The notes under the pieces were generated by a model. It worked only from the letters and a program-made list of their open reading frames with translations. It ran no database searches and was not told where the DNA came from. The position numbers were made by a program, and so were the translations under genes. Below, piece after piece: positions 24,975-35,901 of a DNA stretch of 64,000 nt; position 1 is the first letter of the stretch, and every line of letters starts with the position of its first letter. Source of the stretch: Pavona decussata. Its lineage: Eukaryota. The stretch spans positions 1,240,001 through 1,304,000 of the forward strand of contig CDRNST010000226.1 in NCBI GenBank assembly GCA_977016875.1, read 5' to 3'.

Positions 24975-27900
24975 TCAATGTTTCAGGTCTGCTTTCCAAT
25001 CTTCCAGCTCCCTTGTAAGGTTTGCAACTCGCTTTTTCCAGGAATTTACTTGGGCTATGAAGAAAACAAATGGAAAGACATATAACTATGGACAACAAAA
25101 GTTCAAAGTAAGTGATAATCAAGGATTAAAGGGACACTGTCACAGGTTGACATGCTCAGTATTGCTCCCCCTCAGCAATCACTGGTTAAAAGGTCCAATG
25201 ATGTTAAACAGCCCAGAAAGAAACTAGCCTTTCAATCAGTTACCGTTGGATTGCAACATGTTCAGAGGTTTCTGAGACAGTGTTAGTATTGACACAGTGA
25301 GTGATTTGCCAAACTCCCACATACATGTAAATAAATTATTTTTCTCTCACATATCTTCACAACTTGCTTAAGTTAATACCTCATTTGAAAACTAAGAGAA
25401 TGTAGATTCATCTCTACACTATGATATGGTGGTCAAAAGATGCCACATACACCAAAAAAATTAAGCCCTGTTTCACTTACTGTTGGGTTCAATGTAACAT
25501 GATCAGAACTAACTTACAGCTGTAGTAACAACTCTCAGTTCACCACCAACGTCTCGCATAAGTGAGTTTTCTTTTACATTTCTCAACAGATTGCCAAGCT
25601 TAAAATGCATTTAAAAGCTCAGAAAATGTAGATTCAACTGCAAATGACCAAACATTTTGCTGTGTTCTACTAAGTTACCACCAGGTTGAAGTGCAATTTT
25701 CAAGTCATGATGCCCACAATAGTATTTCAGTGGTAACTTTTGAGCTGCTGTCAACAGTTTAAGAGTGTATCTCTTTTGTTTTCCTGAACTGTTTATTTTC
25801 TTGACCACAATGAAGCACTTAAAGACTGGGAAGGATTGTGAAGAGGTCAAATGAGGAGGAAAGCCTCATTCACTGCATAGACATTCTTGGGAACAGTGCA
25901 TGCAGCATCAACTGGCAGCCACAAATTATCTGGTACAAGAAGTGTCATACCTCAAAGCATGACTGAAATATAATTTCATTCCTGAATATCCTCTTATGAC
26001 TGAAATCTTTCCCAGTCTTGTCCTAGCTCGATCTCTTCCCCAAACCGGCTTTTTTCCCTCGAGTTGTCCTTTGTTGGAACCATGGCTGCTTTCTTCATTG
26101 GACCCCGTTTTGAATTTGGTGAATCAAAATTTAGCCTAATGTTTTTCAAGTTTGAATGTAAAACTTATGCACGTGCTGATTATGACAGTTGCCCTTTAAC
26201 AAGAACTAGCCATTGCTAAGTGAAATGCTAATTTCAAATTGAACCAAGAAACCACTTTCACAGGAGTCAAAAGGTATAATTATGATTTTTTGGAATGCTG
26301 AAATGCAGCACATGAAAATGGTGACAGTGTACTGGCATTAAGCCATTTTCATTGATCAATCAGATTGCAGATCATGACCAATTTTACCAGATGTTTTGCT
26401 AAATAAATCTGGGTACAAGATTAACCACAGCTAAGTAGGATGATGCACTATGAATTGAGTTCACAAGGTGGGGATTTATGAGGGGTGATCTCTGCCAAAA
26501 TTATGTTTCAAATTGTGTTATGCAGAATCTCCAATTTTTCTTATTAGCAATCAAATTCTTTTCTAACGAGATTGGAGCGGTAATTGACATACCACAAAAG
26601 AAATTGAAGAAACAGAACAGAATTTAAGACACGCCAAGTGAAATAAAGACATTATAACAGAAATTGAAGCAACAGAACAGAAATTACAACACAGTTAACA
26701 ACCGATCCAATTTCTGTTCTGTTGCAACTGAGAAACCTCTGTTGTTTGTGCCCCTTTGCTTACATGACTCCGGGCTGATGTCTCATCGCCATTCATTGTT
26801 GTATTGGTCGCTGTGTTGCTCCGACCCTCGGTCATTTCTTTAACCTCCTCTAACAAGGAGATACATCGGGCTGAAAGTCCTCCCTCGCAGGTGCTTTCCT
26901 CTCGAGCGGCCATTTCAAAAAAGGAATTAATTTTCTATACGCGGCAGCGCGGCAACTTCATAATCGAATGTATTTTCATAAATTATAATGTGGAACTAGT
27001 TCTTACCCAGGTCCTCCTCGGTTCCCCGTTTGAGCCACACCCTCATCAGAACAGAAATTGAAGCAACAGAACAGAAATTGGATCGGTTGTTAATTGTGTT
27101 GTAATTTCTGTTCTGTTGCTTCAATTTCTGTTTTAATGTCTTTATTTCACTTCGCGTGTCTTAAATTCTGTTCTGTTTCTTCAATTTTTTTTGTGGTATA
27201 CCAATTACCGCTTCAATCTCGTTAGAAAAGAATTTGATTGCTAATAAGAAAAATTGGAGATTCTGCATAACACAATTTGAAACATAATTTTGGCGGAGAT
27301 CACCCTTCATAGTGATTAACATAAAAAAGTGTGTAATCCTTTGCAAGTTGTTAGGATAATTTATGGCTTTCAGGGATACAATAAGCCTGGAGGTGGAAAA
27401 TTAAGTGCCTAAGACTTGACACTTCTTTAGTTTTATAGCTGAAAACTGTATCTGGTTCACTCTTTCTCTTACATGTAGATGTGACCCAAAATTTCTCCCT
27501 GTGATCAATCAAGTTTAAATGTTGGAAATCTTGTCTTTCTACAGCTGCATTCTAACTTTGTACAAAAAACCCTTGATTAGTCCAGGAGTTCTCTCCTTTT
27601 TTCCATAACAACAACAACAACAACAACAACATTTTCCCTCAACTTATCACTGTTTTGATAGCTACATAGATCATGTACTTAAATATTTTGGATTATGACT
27701 TGTATCGTTTTGCTCTTGCAACAAGCCACTGCGAAACGTTGATCACCTAACACTTGATGTCCCTTTCAGTCGGACAGAAGCTTTTAAGTATTCCTTTTTT
27801 GTTTGGCTTTGCCACCAGTGAAATGAACTACCTCTTAATATTAGGGAGTCCAACACCTTATCAGTCTTTTGTAAGAACTTGATTGCCTTCTTTTATGATA

Positions 27901-28742
27901 AATTTAATGCAAAATTTTCACTGTCATTCAATTTCTTTTTGTGTATATATAACTAGTTGTTAGAGACTATCTATAATATATTTGGCAGCATATTCCAAAG
28001 AATCCTGTATTCTGTTTTAAGCTGAGCTCAAATTCATTAGATTGTTGCATGCAATGTGATATAATTTGGAATTTGATTAAATGAATAAACTCTTACTTTT
28101 CAGTTTGTCGCGTTGGCTTTCCAGCATCTTTGCCTCTGCCTCATTGTTAACAGCTTCAGTTTGTAGATTCCTGATCTGCTGTTCAGTTGTCTCAATCTTG
28201 TCTTCAAAATAATCCTCACGCTTAGAATACCGCCTGTGCTTCAGTTCTAAATTAATGACCCTAACTGTGTCAGCATCTGCCTCTTCGCCCAATTTGACAA
28301 TCTTGGACTCAGCTGTGTTTAATCTGGCTAAGAGCTCACTTAGTTCTGCTTTCATACTGCTGTATCTGACTTTGGCATCTCCAAGCTTCTCCTCTTGCTC
28401 ATCTGCCTGCTTTTTGGCATCTCCACACTTCATCTCAAGCATAACTAGTTGATCATCAACTTCAAATTCTTTTGATTCAAGGGCCTTTCTGATCTTCTCG
28501 CTTTCTTCAGCTTCCTCTTCTCTGATTGCATGGCCTTGTACTGTTTCTGCTGTCTCCTTTTGTATGCCTTCCAGCTCTTCCCTCTTCTCTTTGATCTTGG
28601 CTTTGAGTGCTTCTGCCTCTTCCTCAGCCAAGTCTGCCCTCTCCCTTGCAAGCCTGTGGTAGCGTAGCAAATCCTTTTGCCTGTTCTCTGCCCGCTGAAT
28701 GTCTTCCAGAGTTTCCTTAGCTTTCCGTTTAAGAGCATCCAT
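24975..28742 (-). CDS. Tropomyosin-like coiled-coil protein, ~241 aa, 2 coding exons
   Basis: Exon 28097-28742 starts MDALKRK (tropomyosin-type N-terminus), is E/K/A-rich heptad sequence, and ends at donor A|GTAAG. A phase-compatible terminal exon at 24975-25054 (ttcttcatag|CC CAA GTA...; TQVNSWKKRVANLTRELEDWKADLKH*) gives 241 aa, close to the ~242 aa of cnidarian tropomyosins. An acceptor near 28801 implies an upstream 5' UTR exon. Confidence 0.8.
26477..27311. mobile_element. Non-autonomous foldback DNA transposon, IS3EU-like, in the tropomyosin intron
   Basis: ~250-bp near-identical TIRs (26477-~26725 and ~27063-27311), TAT..ATA termini, and 6-bp flanking repeats GGGATT / GTGATT (5/6 match). 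Confidence 0.75.
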
Positions 28743-28856
28743 GTCAAAGGTGCAACCAAAAGACAACTAAGTGACACCAGCAAACACTAGATTGGCAAAC
28801 CTGTTTAAAAGAGCACAGAAATGAGATGTATGAAATAAAACTACAAAACAGCTGAA

Positions 28857-29218
28857 AGGGGCATTTTCACGACGATTTTGCTGTATTTTGATCAAAACTG
28901 CTCAAATATTTTGACAATGAAACTGTTTTATAACATGAAATTGCTCTTACAACACAGGGAAGAAAATTATTAAGGTTTTTCTTCCACGAAGAACAACCAT
29001 AATAAATTTTTAGCGACTTATCTAAAATACAAAGAATTTTTTCAAGTTCTAATCCATTTCCATCCTAGCCATCCGTAGCCAAACATAATTAATACTAGTT
29101 TCTGTGCACTAGTAGGGTTATTGTTAACAAAACTAAACCATTATCTTAACAATCCATTAAAACAAATACGTCTTTTTGGCTATTCAAAGTGACACCAAAA
29201 ATAGGTGACACTGCCCCT
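28857..29218. mobile_element. Kolobok-like MITE, copy 1
   Basis: AGGGGCATTTTCAC ... GTGACACTGCCCCT followed by TTAA. Homologous to 38657-39055. Confidence 0.6.
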
Positions 29219-29529
29219 TTAAATGGTGACAAAAAATCTTATGACCTTTGCACATGCCATAAGCATTTTCCAACAATTTACCAAGTGAGAGCATATTGCT
29301 CTTGTTGTTTTGGTGACTAGATTTCAACTTGGACACCTACATCTGAAAACATTGTTCCCAACCTATTTGAAAAGTTAATTTTGGACTCCATTTACTAAAC
29401 CACCTGTCAGCACGACCATCACCACTGAAGCTACAAGCAAGTCAGAATTCCCCACTTGACATCTCATTGTTGGACAATTATTGATTAAAAGGTGTATAAG
29501 GTGTGACAGAAGTTTGCCAGTCACAGATA

Positions 29530-29757
29530 TACAGTACCGCTCAAAAGTAAGTTACCAGTCTTGTCTCATTTCTAGCGAGAAAAAGTCGCGTCTCTCGATA
29601 CGAGATTCTTGTCTCGAGGGATAAGAGTCTCGTCTCGCGAGAATCACTGAAGCGGAAATTTTGGAATTTTACCAAGTGTCTTGCAAGAAGAAAAACAACT
29701 GACTGAATTTCTCGCGCACTTGTCTCGTGATGCTTTTATCTACACTGTGCACTGTAT
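29530..29757. repeat. TA-CAGT-initiated repeat with internal GTCTCG/CGAGA units (Tc1-like MITE fragment)
   Basis: TACAGTACCGCTCAAAAGTAAG start, repeated TCTCG/CGAGA motifs, ACTGTA end. Confidence 0.45.
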
Positions 29758-32700
29758 ACTGTTTCTTGACCTATAAGCAAGTGTCAAGAATCTGAGCATT
29801 TTTAAAAGTTCTGACAAAAAGTTGAATAAAGCCCACTGAAAATGAGATGCAGGAGATGAGACCTGGAATACAACTCAGTAGCTGGAAGTCAGACAATTGT
29901 GTGAAAGGTTACAAGACGGTGCAAGACAACGAGACAACATTTCATAAATTATGTGGTCCAAAACTGTCCTTGCCTTGGGAAGTCGGGATTCAAGGACAGC
30001 AATGAAAAAAAATTGAGACTGCAAAACCTAGGTTTATAGGGTCATGTTTTGTGTCAAAAGACCCAATTTTATGACCAGCAACTATGATAAGAATGACATT
30101 TTGTTAACATAATGTGCACGGCAATAATCCATGTCACAGCTACAGCTGTACTCTAGATCGAAACAACAAGAATTCCTTGGACAAAGCAAACAGTTAAAAT
30201 AGGACGGTGTAATTTACAGAAAAAGACCACCAACCCTTTCAAACATCACATTCAAATAGACCAACACATACAATAGAGCAAGAGAAGCAGTAAAACTCAA
30301 AAACTCCCAAATATAAGCTTACTATCTCGCACATGCACACTATAATAATTTCAAATCAAGTCCGATTGTTTGGATTACACAGGTATGAATGTTGCTTCTC
30401 ATGCAAAGCCTTTCCTGCTTGTTTAGGACGAGTTGTGAGTCGTAATAAGGTAGAAATCGGGACAAAATCCTACTATTTTAGAAGGTTTTCCTTCGCTTGT
30501 CTAGACAATAATACCAATTCATAAACAATATGGCGTCGCACGCACAACGAAAGATGAGAATTTTGCTTTGAATTTGCGCCAAACTTCGACAATAGAGGGG
30601 CACGATTTTGACATGGCATCAACGGTATCTAATTCATAAACTAGAGAAATAGAATGGTAAAAATCACCTGAAATGAAGGGAAAATATCCAAATTCGAAGA
30701 TTTACAACCACACCTCGCCTTTTCAGGGCGTGCATATAAAATTTACATCACGCAATACTACGTTGTGTATGCCTACACAAAGAATATTACAACGATGGAG
30801 GATCATTCCATTTGGAGTACTTCTGAAATTATGGGCGTCTGGTCAAAGTGATGCAATTTATTACTTCTTTTGGGTATATTACAGCTGATGTTCATACATT
30901 GTGCATGTTATCCATCTTCAGTGTTAAGACAAGCTAACTCATTTCGTATTTTAATAAATATGCCGAAAATTTCCATCCGGATGGTTTGCGTAAATGGTAA
31001 GCGCCCTAAATGTCTTCTCCGCGCGCTTTTTATCGCCGACACGCGGAAAAGCTGAAAGATTTTTTGTGGCTCCAACATTGGCTCTAACTCGGTCCGACGG
31101 AAAAAAGGTCGTTACTTCGCCATTTTTAAAGCAACAAAACCACTGAGTAACCTTTCAATGTTTCAAGAAGCTCAATATTTTACATGTAAACGGAAGGTCA
31201 CTTCACGGAAGTTTTGTTTCCCGAGGTCATGAGCCAAAAAGTGAGCAAGTATTTCGCTGAGGTGAGCTATATATCATAAGCTTAAGTTCCGAATTGAAAG
31301 GAAATTTCGTTTCTGTTAAGCTTAATCCCAAATATTACTAAACCAGATGGCATGTTTGTTTCTTTTCCAGTACTAAACCTGGTAAAATTTGAAAGGTAAA
31401 TAGGAGACCCAAAAAGGAATTTAAAATTTGTTCCATTCCAGAAGTGTAGCTAGCCAAAGGTGGCATGTGCATTTTCTTTGCTTCTCACTCGCCAACGAAC
31501 CTTTGAAATAAGCAACTGATATTTCCGCAGAGCAAAGACACTCGAATATTTCAAAAAGGGGACTTTATAAACCTCAATTTCGCATCTTAAACTTTCTTGC
31601 TTTTCTCTGACGGAGACAGGGAACTGACTGTGGACCATTGTAAGTAGGCCAAGAGGGTGTTGAAAATTTCAGTCATTGTTTTAATTACATGTGTGCTATA
31701 CTGACCAAACGTAAGAAACTTTATTTTAGTCATTTTCTTTACTGCTTTTCAATACGATGTAAATTCAAGGATTTATGAGTTAAAAACTATCACTTTATCA
31801 TGGAGCAGTTCCAGTTTTGTCGACCTAAAGGGAAGTGTCTGCTGCGATCTTGCTAACTAGTAAGACTGAACATATTTCTTTAAAGTAACTACGCTTAGCT
31901 AAGCGACTTGAAAATAATAAAAGACCTCTAGGGTCAGTCACGGATTCGCGCCAAATAACGGTTTTACTTAACAGGCAGGCCTTTACTATAACACACAGAC
32001 GTTGCTTTGACTTCTAAGGGCACCAAATTGTCTTTTGCCTGAGACAACAGGGGTAACTTAGGAAAGTGGTCATGACAAGTTTGTTCGAAGAGGAACCCAC
32101 TTGTCTGGGATAGGGGTGGGGGGGGGGGGGTTGGTTATAGAACACTCCAGCTATCTCCTGAACATTACAGACAAAATTTTAATGGCTTTAAAATTTGAGT
32201 TGACAGAGAAATATTCAGCTAGCAAGAATCAGCTTTCCAAGATCAACAAAAGAAAAAGTGAGGTTTGAATCTCATTGTAATTTTTTACTGCTGGATTGAG
32301 AGGTGACTATGCAATACTGAGACACCATCTTTTGAGGTTGAGGAAGGAGAGGGTAGGGAAGGGGGGAGGGGGGGTGCAAGCAGAGACTGCCATGTATTTT
32401 GTGGTTTGGTGGGTCCTGTTAGGAGTATAGCGGTTTTGACCACTTCCCTTTTAAGTCCTTATACAGTTAGGAAAAAAAATTAGGTATAGGTAGTTTATTT
32501 AACAGATAAGGGAATACCACTACTTAACCCCTAACTTGACCATAAACTTCTAATTCCATCCCAACTCTTTTCTGGGCTAAAGTCCTAAATTATGTTACGA
32601 AATTAAAGAGTGCCGCCCTTCTTTTCCGCTGCACTGCCCAGACGTGTCTTTGTGTAATTAAGTTCCCAACAAAGGTGCAGTTTGTTATCAGACTTAGAAC

Positions 32701-33510
32701 GTGTCTGCACTGATACCACACCGCAGCAAATTAATTTCTCACGTAGGGAACGAAGGTGCCGTTTGTTATCAGACTTTGAACTTTAATAGGATCGTAAAAA
32801 AATACCCAGTTTGTACTGATACCACACCCACAACAAATTAATTTAGTCACGTAGAGATGGGGCGTGAAGAATAGCTGAGTCATGATAGTGAAGTCGGACA
32901 CTCGAGATAAACTGAAACAAAGCAGATGATCGATGCTATTGTTGAATTCGAGATCATGAGCGCATAAAATACATTTAATTTAATGCTTCATGTTTTTAAA
33001 GATTTGGAGACGAGTCACCACAAAGCCGAGTAAACAATGTATCCAGACGGTAGTACGTTTGACAGGGGCAGAAAGGAAAAAGCATTTATTCCATTATTGA
33101 CGGTAGATTAGGGACGCCCACACTCACTGTTTTTTGTGTCCGCTACTCCACAACGACGTTTTGTCATTCGCTTTGCACGTTCTTGGTGAAAGTTCGCGAC
33201 TCTGGGAAGCAATTCAAAACAAACTCCCTTCCTTCGGAAAGAAAACCCGGAAATGTGTGAATTTAGCTACTCAAGTAAACCGGCAAATTAAACATTGCAG
33301 AGCTTTTTGTTCGCGAACGGGATATCTGTTTTAAAAAGAAAGGAAAGGAAAAATTTAAAAAAGCTAGGTTGTCATGTCAAAAGTTTTACATGTCAGTTGT
33401 CGCATACAAAAGTTGTGTGTTAAATACTGTGAGACTGGGAAGCCTTAAGGTGATAGTCAAAACCGGGGAAAACTAAAACGTATTAAACAAACAAAATTAG
33501 GATAATTGCC

Positions 33511-33669
33511 CACGGACGACAACCGGAAGTTGAAAGTTTCGCCTTGGACGGATTCTGACACATCACTGCACTATTGAATAGTGAACTCAAGACTTTCTCA
33601 GTCTTTGGCCCTTAAGCAACCGGAAACAAACCAACAAGGATTATGTTCAACTTCCGGATGTTGTCCGTG
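33511..33669. mobile_element. MITE with ~24-bp TIRs
   Basis: CACGGACGACAACCGGAAGTTGAA ... TTCAACTTCCGGATGTTGTCCGTG. Confidence 0.7.
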
Positions 33670-34438
33670 ACTAAACAAGGTCTGTGCTTAGAGAGGCATG
33701 CGCAGTGTCAGCTTTTTGTGATGTTTCTTTGAATGGCCAAAAACAGGAGCCCATCCTGCCAAAAAACATAGTGGAATCGACGGAAACGTTTGAGTAATGG
33801 TTCAGTTTTGATAACAATAACCCCATTACTACACAGAAACTAGTGTTAGTTATCTTTGGCCACGAATAGCCAAGATTAAAATGGTCTAAAATGGATTGCA
33901 ACTTGAAAAAATTCTGGTCAATTTTTCCTAGTTCTTCTAGTGTATTTTGGAAAAATCGCAAAAAACTGATTAGACTTTGTTCTTACCAGGAGAAATCACT
34001 TAATATTTTCTTCTCGGTGCTCTAACAGCAATTTGATGTTAGCGAAAAGGTACAATGTCAAAAATTTGAGAAGTTTCGGTCCAAAAACAGAGGAATCTCC
34101 GTGACTGAGGTGTCCCGTTAAGTTTCCTAATCAATAACTATTTTGAGCTCATAGCCTGTATCGAAAATTGAGAGAAAGACTTGTGCAAAGCAAATTGCGT
34201 GATGTAAATCGCAGCCAGCGTATCAGTACAATCTGTAGAGTACACTGTACGTAATTTGGCGTAGCTGTCCCGAGGAAGGAACACTACTTGGTGGTATCTT
34301 TTCAAAGATATGACTCGGAAATCAGAGATAAATTAAATAAATTAAAAGTAGTAAAACATAGAACATTTAATTTTATACAGAATGTTCATATTCAGTTTTT
34401 CAACCAGAAACTGAAATTATTTCATTTGACCCGGAAGT

Positions 34439-34493
34439 AGTCTACCTCGATGAATAGCTTTTACACTGTAAAAGCTATTCATCGAGGTAGACT
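34439..34493. repeat. Perfect palindrome with 27-bp arms and a 1-nt spacer
   Basis: AGTCTACCTCGATGAATAGCTTTTACA-C-TGTAAAAGCTATTCATCGAGGTAGACT. Confidence 0.95.
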
Positions 34494-34546
34494 GAGTCTG
34501 CAAAAATAAAATACTCCCTGGAAAAAACCGAAGATGCCCTCTTATG

Positions 34547-35344
34547 TCAAAACGTGTTATTCGCGGCTCTACTATGTTTTTGCCTTCTCGATTTGACGCA
34601 CTAGCGTGGAGTAATCTAATCCTGTCGAGTACGGAGCACTAGGCTGAGACTCATGGTTATCTGTTAATACTGTTAAAGGTCATCTACTTGGTTGCCGCTG
34701 GCTCACGTATCATCAAACGAATTTCGAAAAATAACTGAGAAATCCATACTTTCGCCATTTGACTTCTTTATTTCTTGGTAAGGCAGGCCTTTCAAACATG
34801 TCAGAGAACATCGCGCCAAGACTACACAGAGATATTGGGGAGTGGTAGAAGAGCACCAGAAAAAAACAAAAACCGGAGTTGCCTAAACACATAGTCAAAT
34901 CGTGAACTATCGTAAGTAGAAGAGGGAGAGAGAGAAGTGCTCGTACAGCCCTATTACATTTTCAGATCACCTAATCCTTATCTTATCATTCAAAACGTGT
35001 TAGTCGCAGCTCTACTGTGTTTTCACCTTCTCGCCGGATTTGACGCTCCAGATCAAAGCGAAGAGTCGAGTAATCTAATCTTGTTGAGTACGGAGTACAG
35101 AGTACGGAATCACTCATGCATGGTTATCTTCTAAAGGTCATCCCTTGGTTTGCCGCTGGCTCACGTACGTATCAACAAGCGGATTTCGAAAATAACTGCA
35201 AAATTAATACTTTCGCCATCTGACTTCTTAACTTTCTGGTAAGGCAGACCTAGCTTTCAAACATCAGTCAGAGAAGACAACTCTTGGAGAAGATCATGGT
35301 TAGAGTTCACAGAAATATTGGGGGTTGGTAGAAGAGCACCAGAA
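34547..35344. repeat. Diverged local duplication (~315 bp and ~355 bp copies)
   Basis: 34547-34861 and 34990-35344 share colinear blocks: CAAAACGTGTTA, GAGTAATCTAATC, GCCGCTGGCTCACGTA, ATTTCGAAAATAACTG, GGTAGAAGAGCACCAGAA. Confidence 0.85.
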
Positions 35345-35746
35345 TTATTTTATCCGTTGGATCGCATACTCCGGCAGTGCTCTGAACTTCTTACGTTTGT
35401 TTCCAAGTTTTCTACTCCAAAAGAAACGACACGTCACTTGACCACTCAATGATCAGTTACAACGCCTTTTGTGACACAATAGAAGCCGATTTTGTGATTT
35501 TAGGATCAACTTAAAAAGTCAGGTGTAAAATCGTCAATGTTAAAATTTGTAGCGTTCAAATATTCAGTTAGTCTATTGCATGAAGAAAATTCCCTCTGTC
35601 CTTGTCCTAGGACACAAATTGATGGGATTGTATTATATATTGTGAGCTTCCGACGGCTTAGAGTAAACACAAGGGCACTCGTTTAAAGCTGTGAATCTAA
35701 TTATGGTAATTCCAACCCGCACGCCATATAGCTTTTAATTATACAC

Positions 35747-35901
35747 AAATGGCTAACATTTTAACATTCTTTTGTCTGCATTCAAACTAGCCCTACTAGC
35801 TTCGATCAAGGTGAAATATCCTTCTGATTTTTTAACTCAAGAACGAGGTTAGTAAGGCTAATTTGAATACAAGCAAAAGAATATTAAAATGTTAGCCATT
35901 T
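35747..35901. mobile_element. Foldback MITE with ~55-bp arms
   Basis: AAATGGCTAACATTTTAACATTCTTTTG..ATTCAAACTAGCC ... GGCTAATTTGAAT..CAAAAGAATATTAAAATGTTAGCCATTT. Confidence 0.75.

Noticed and set aside
24736-25227. 128-aa and 144-aa ORFs
   Set aside because: They overlap the tropomyosin terminal exon and 3' UTR in other frames and show no protein features.
25995-26136. Possible alternative tropomyosin last exon (LNFDSPNSKRGP...)
   Set aside because: The phase is incompatible with the 28097 donor, and splicing there gives an immediate stop.
26600-27180. CRISPR-like or satellite array of AACAGAAATT units
   Set aside because: These are irregular subrepeats within transposon TIRs, with no repeat-spacer periodicity, in a eukaryotic context.
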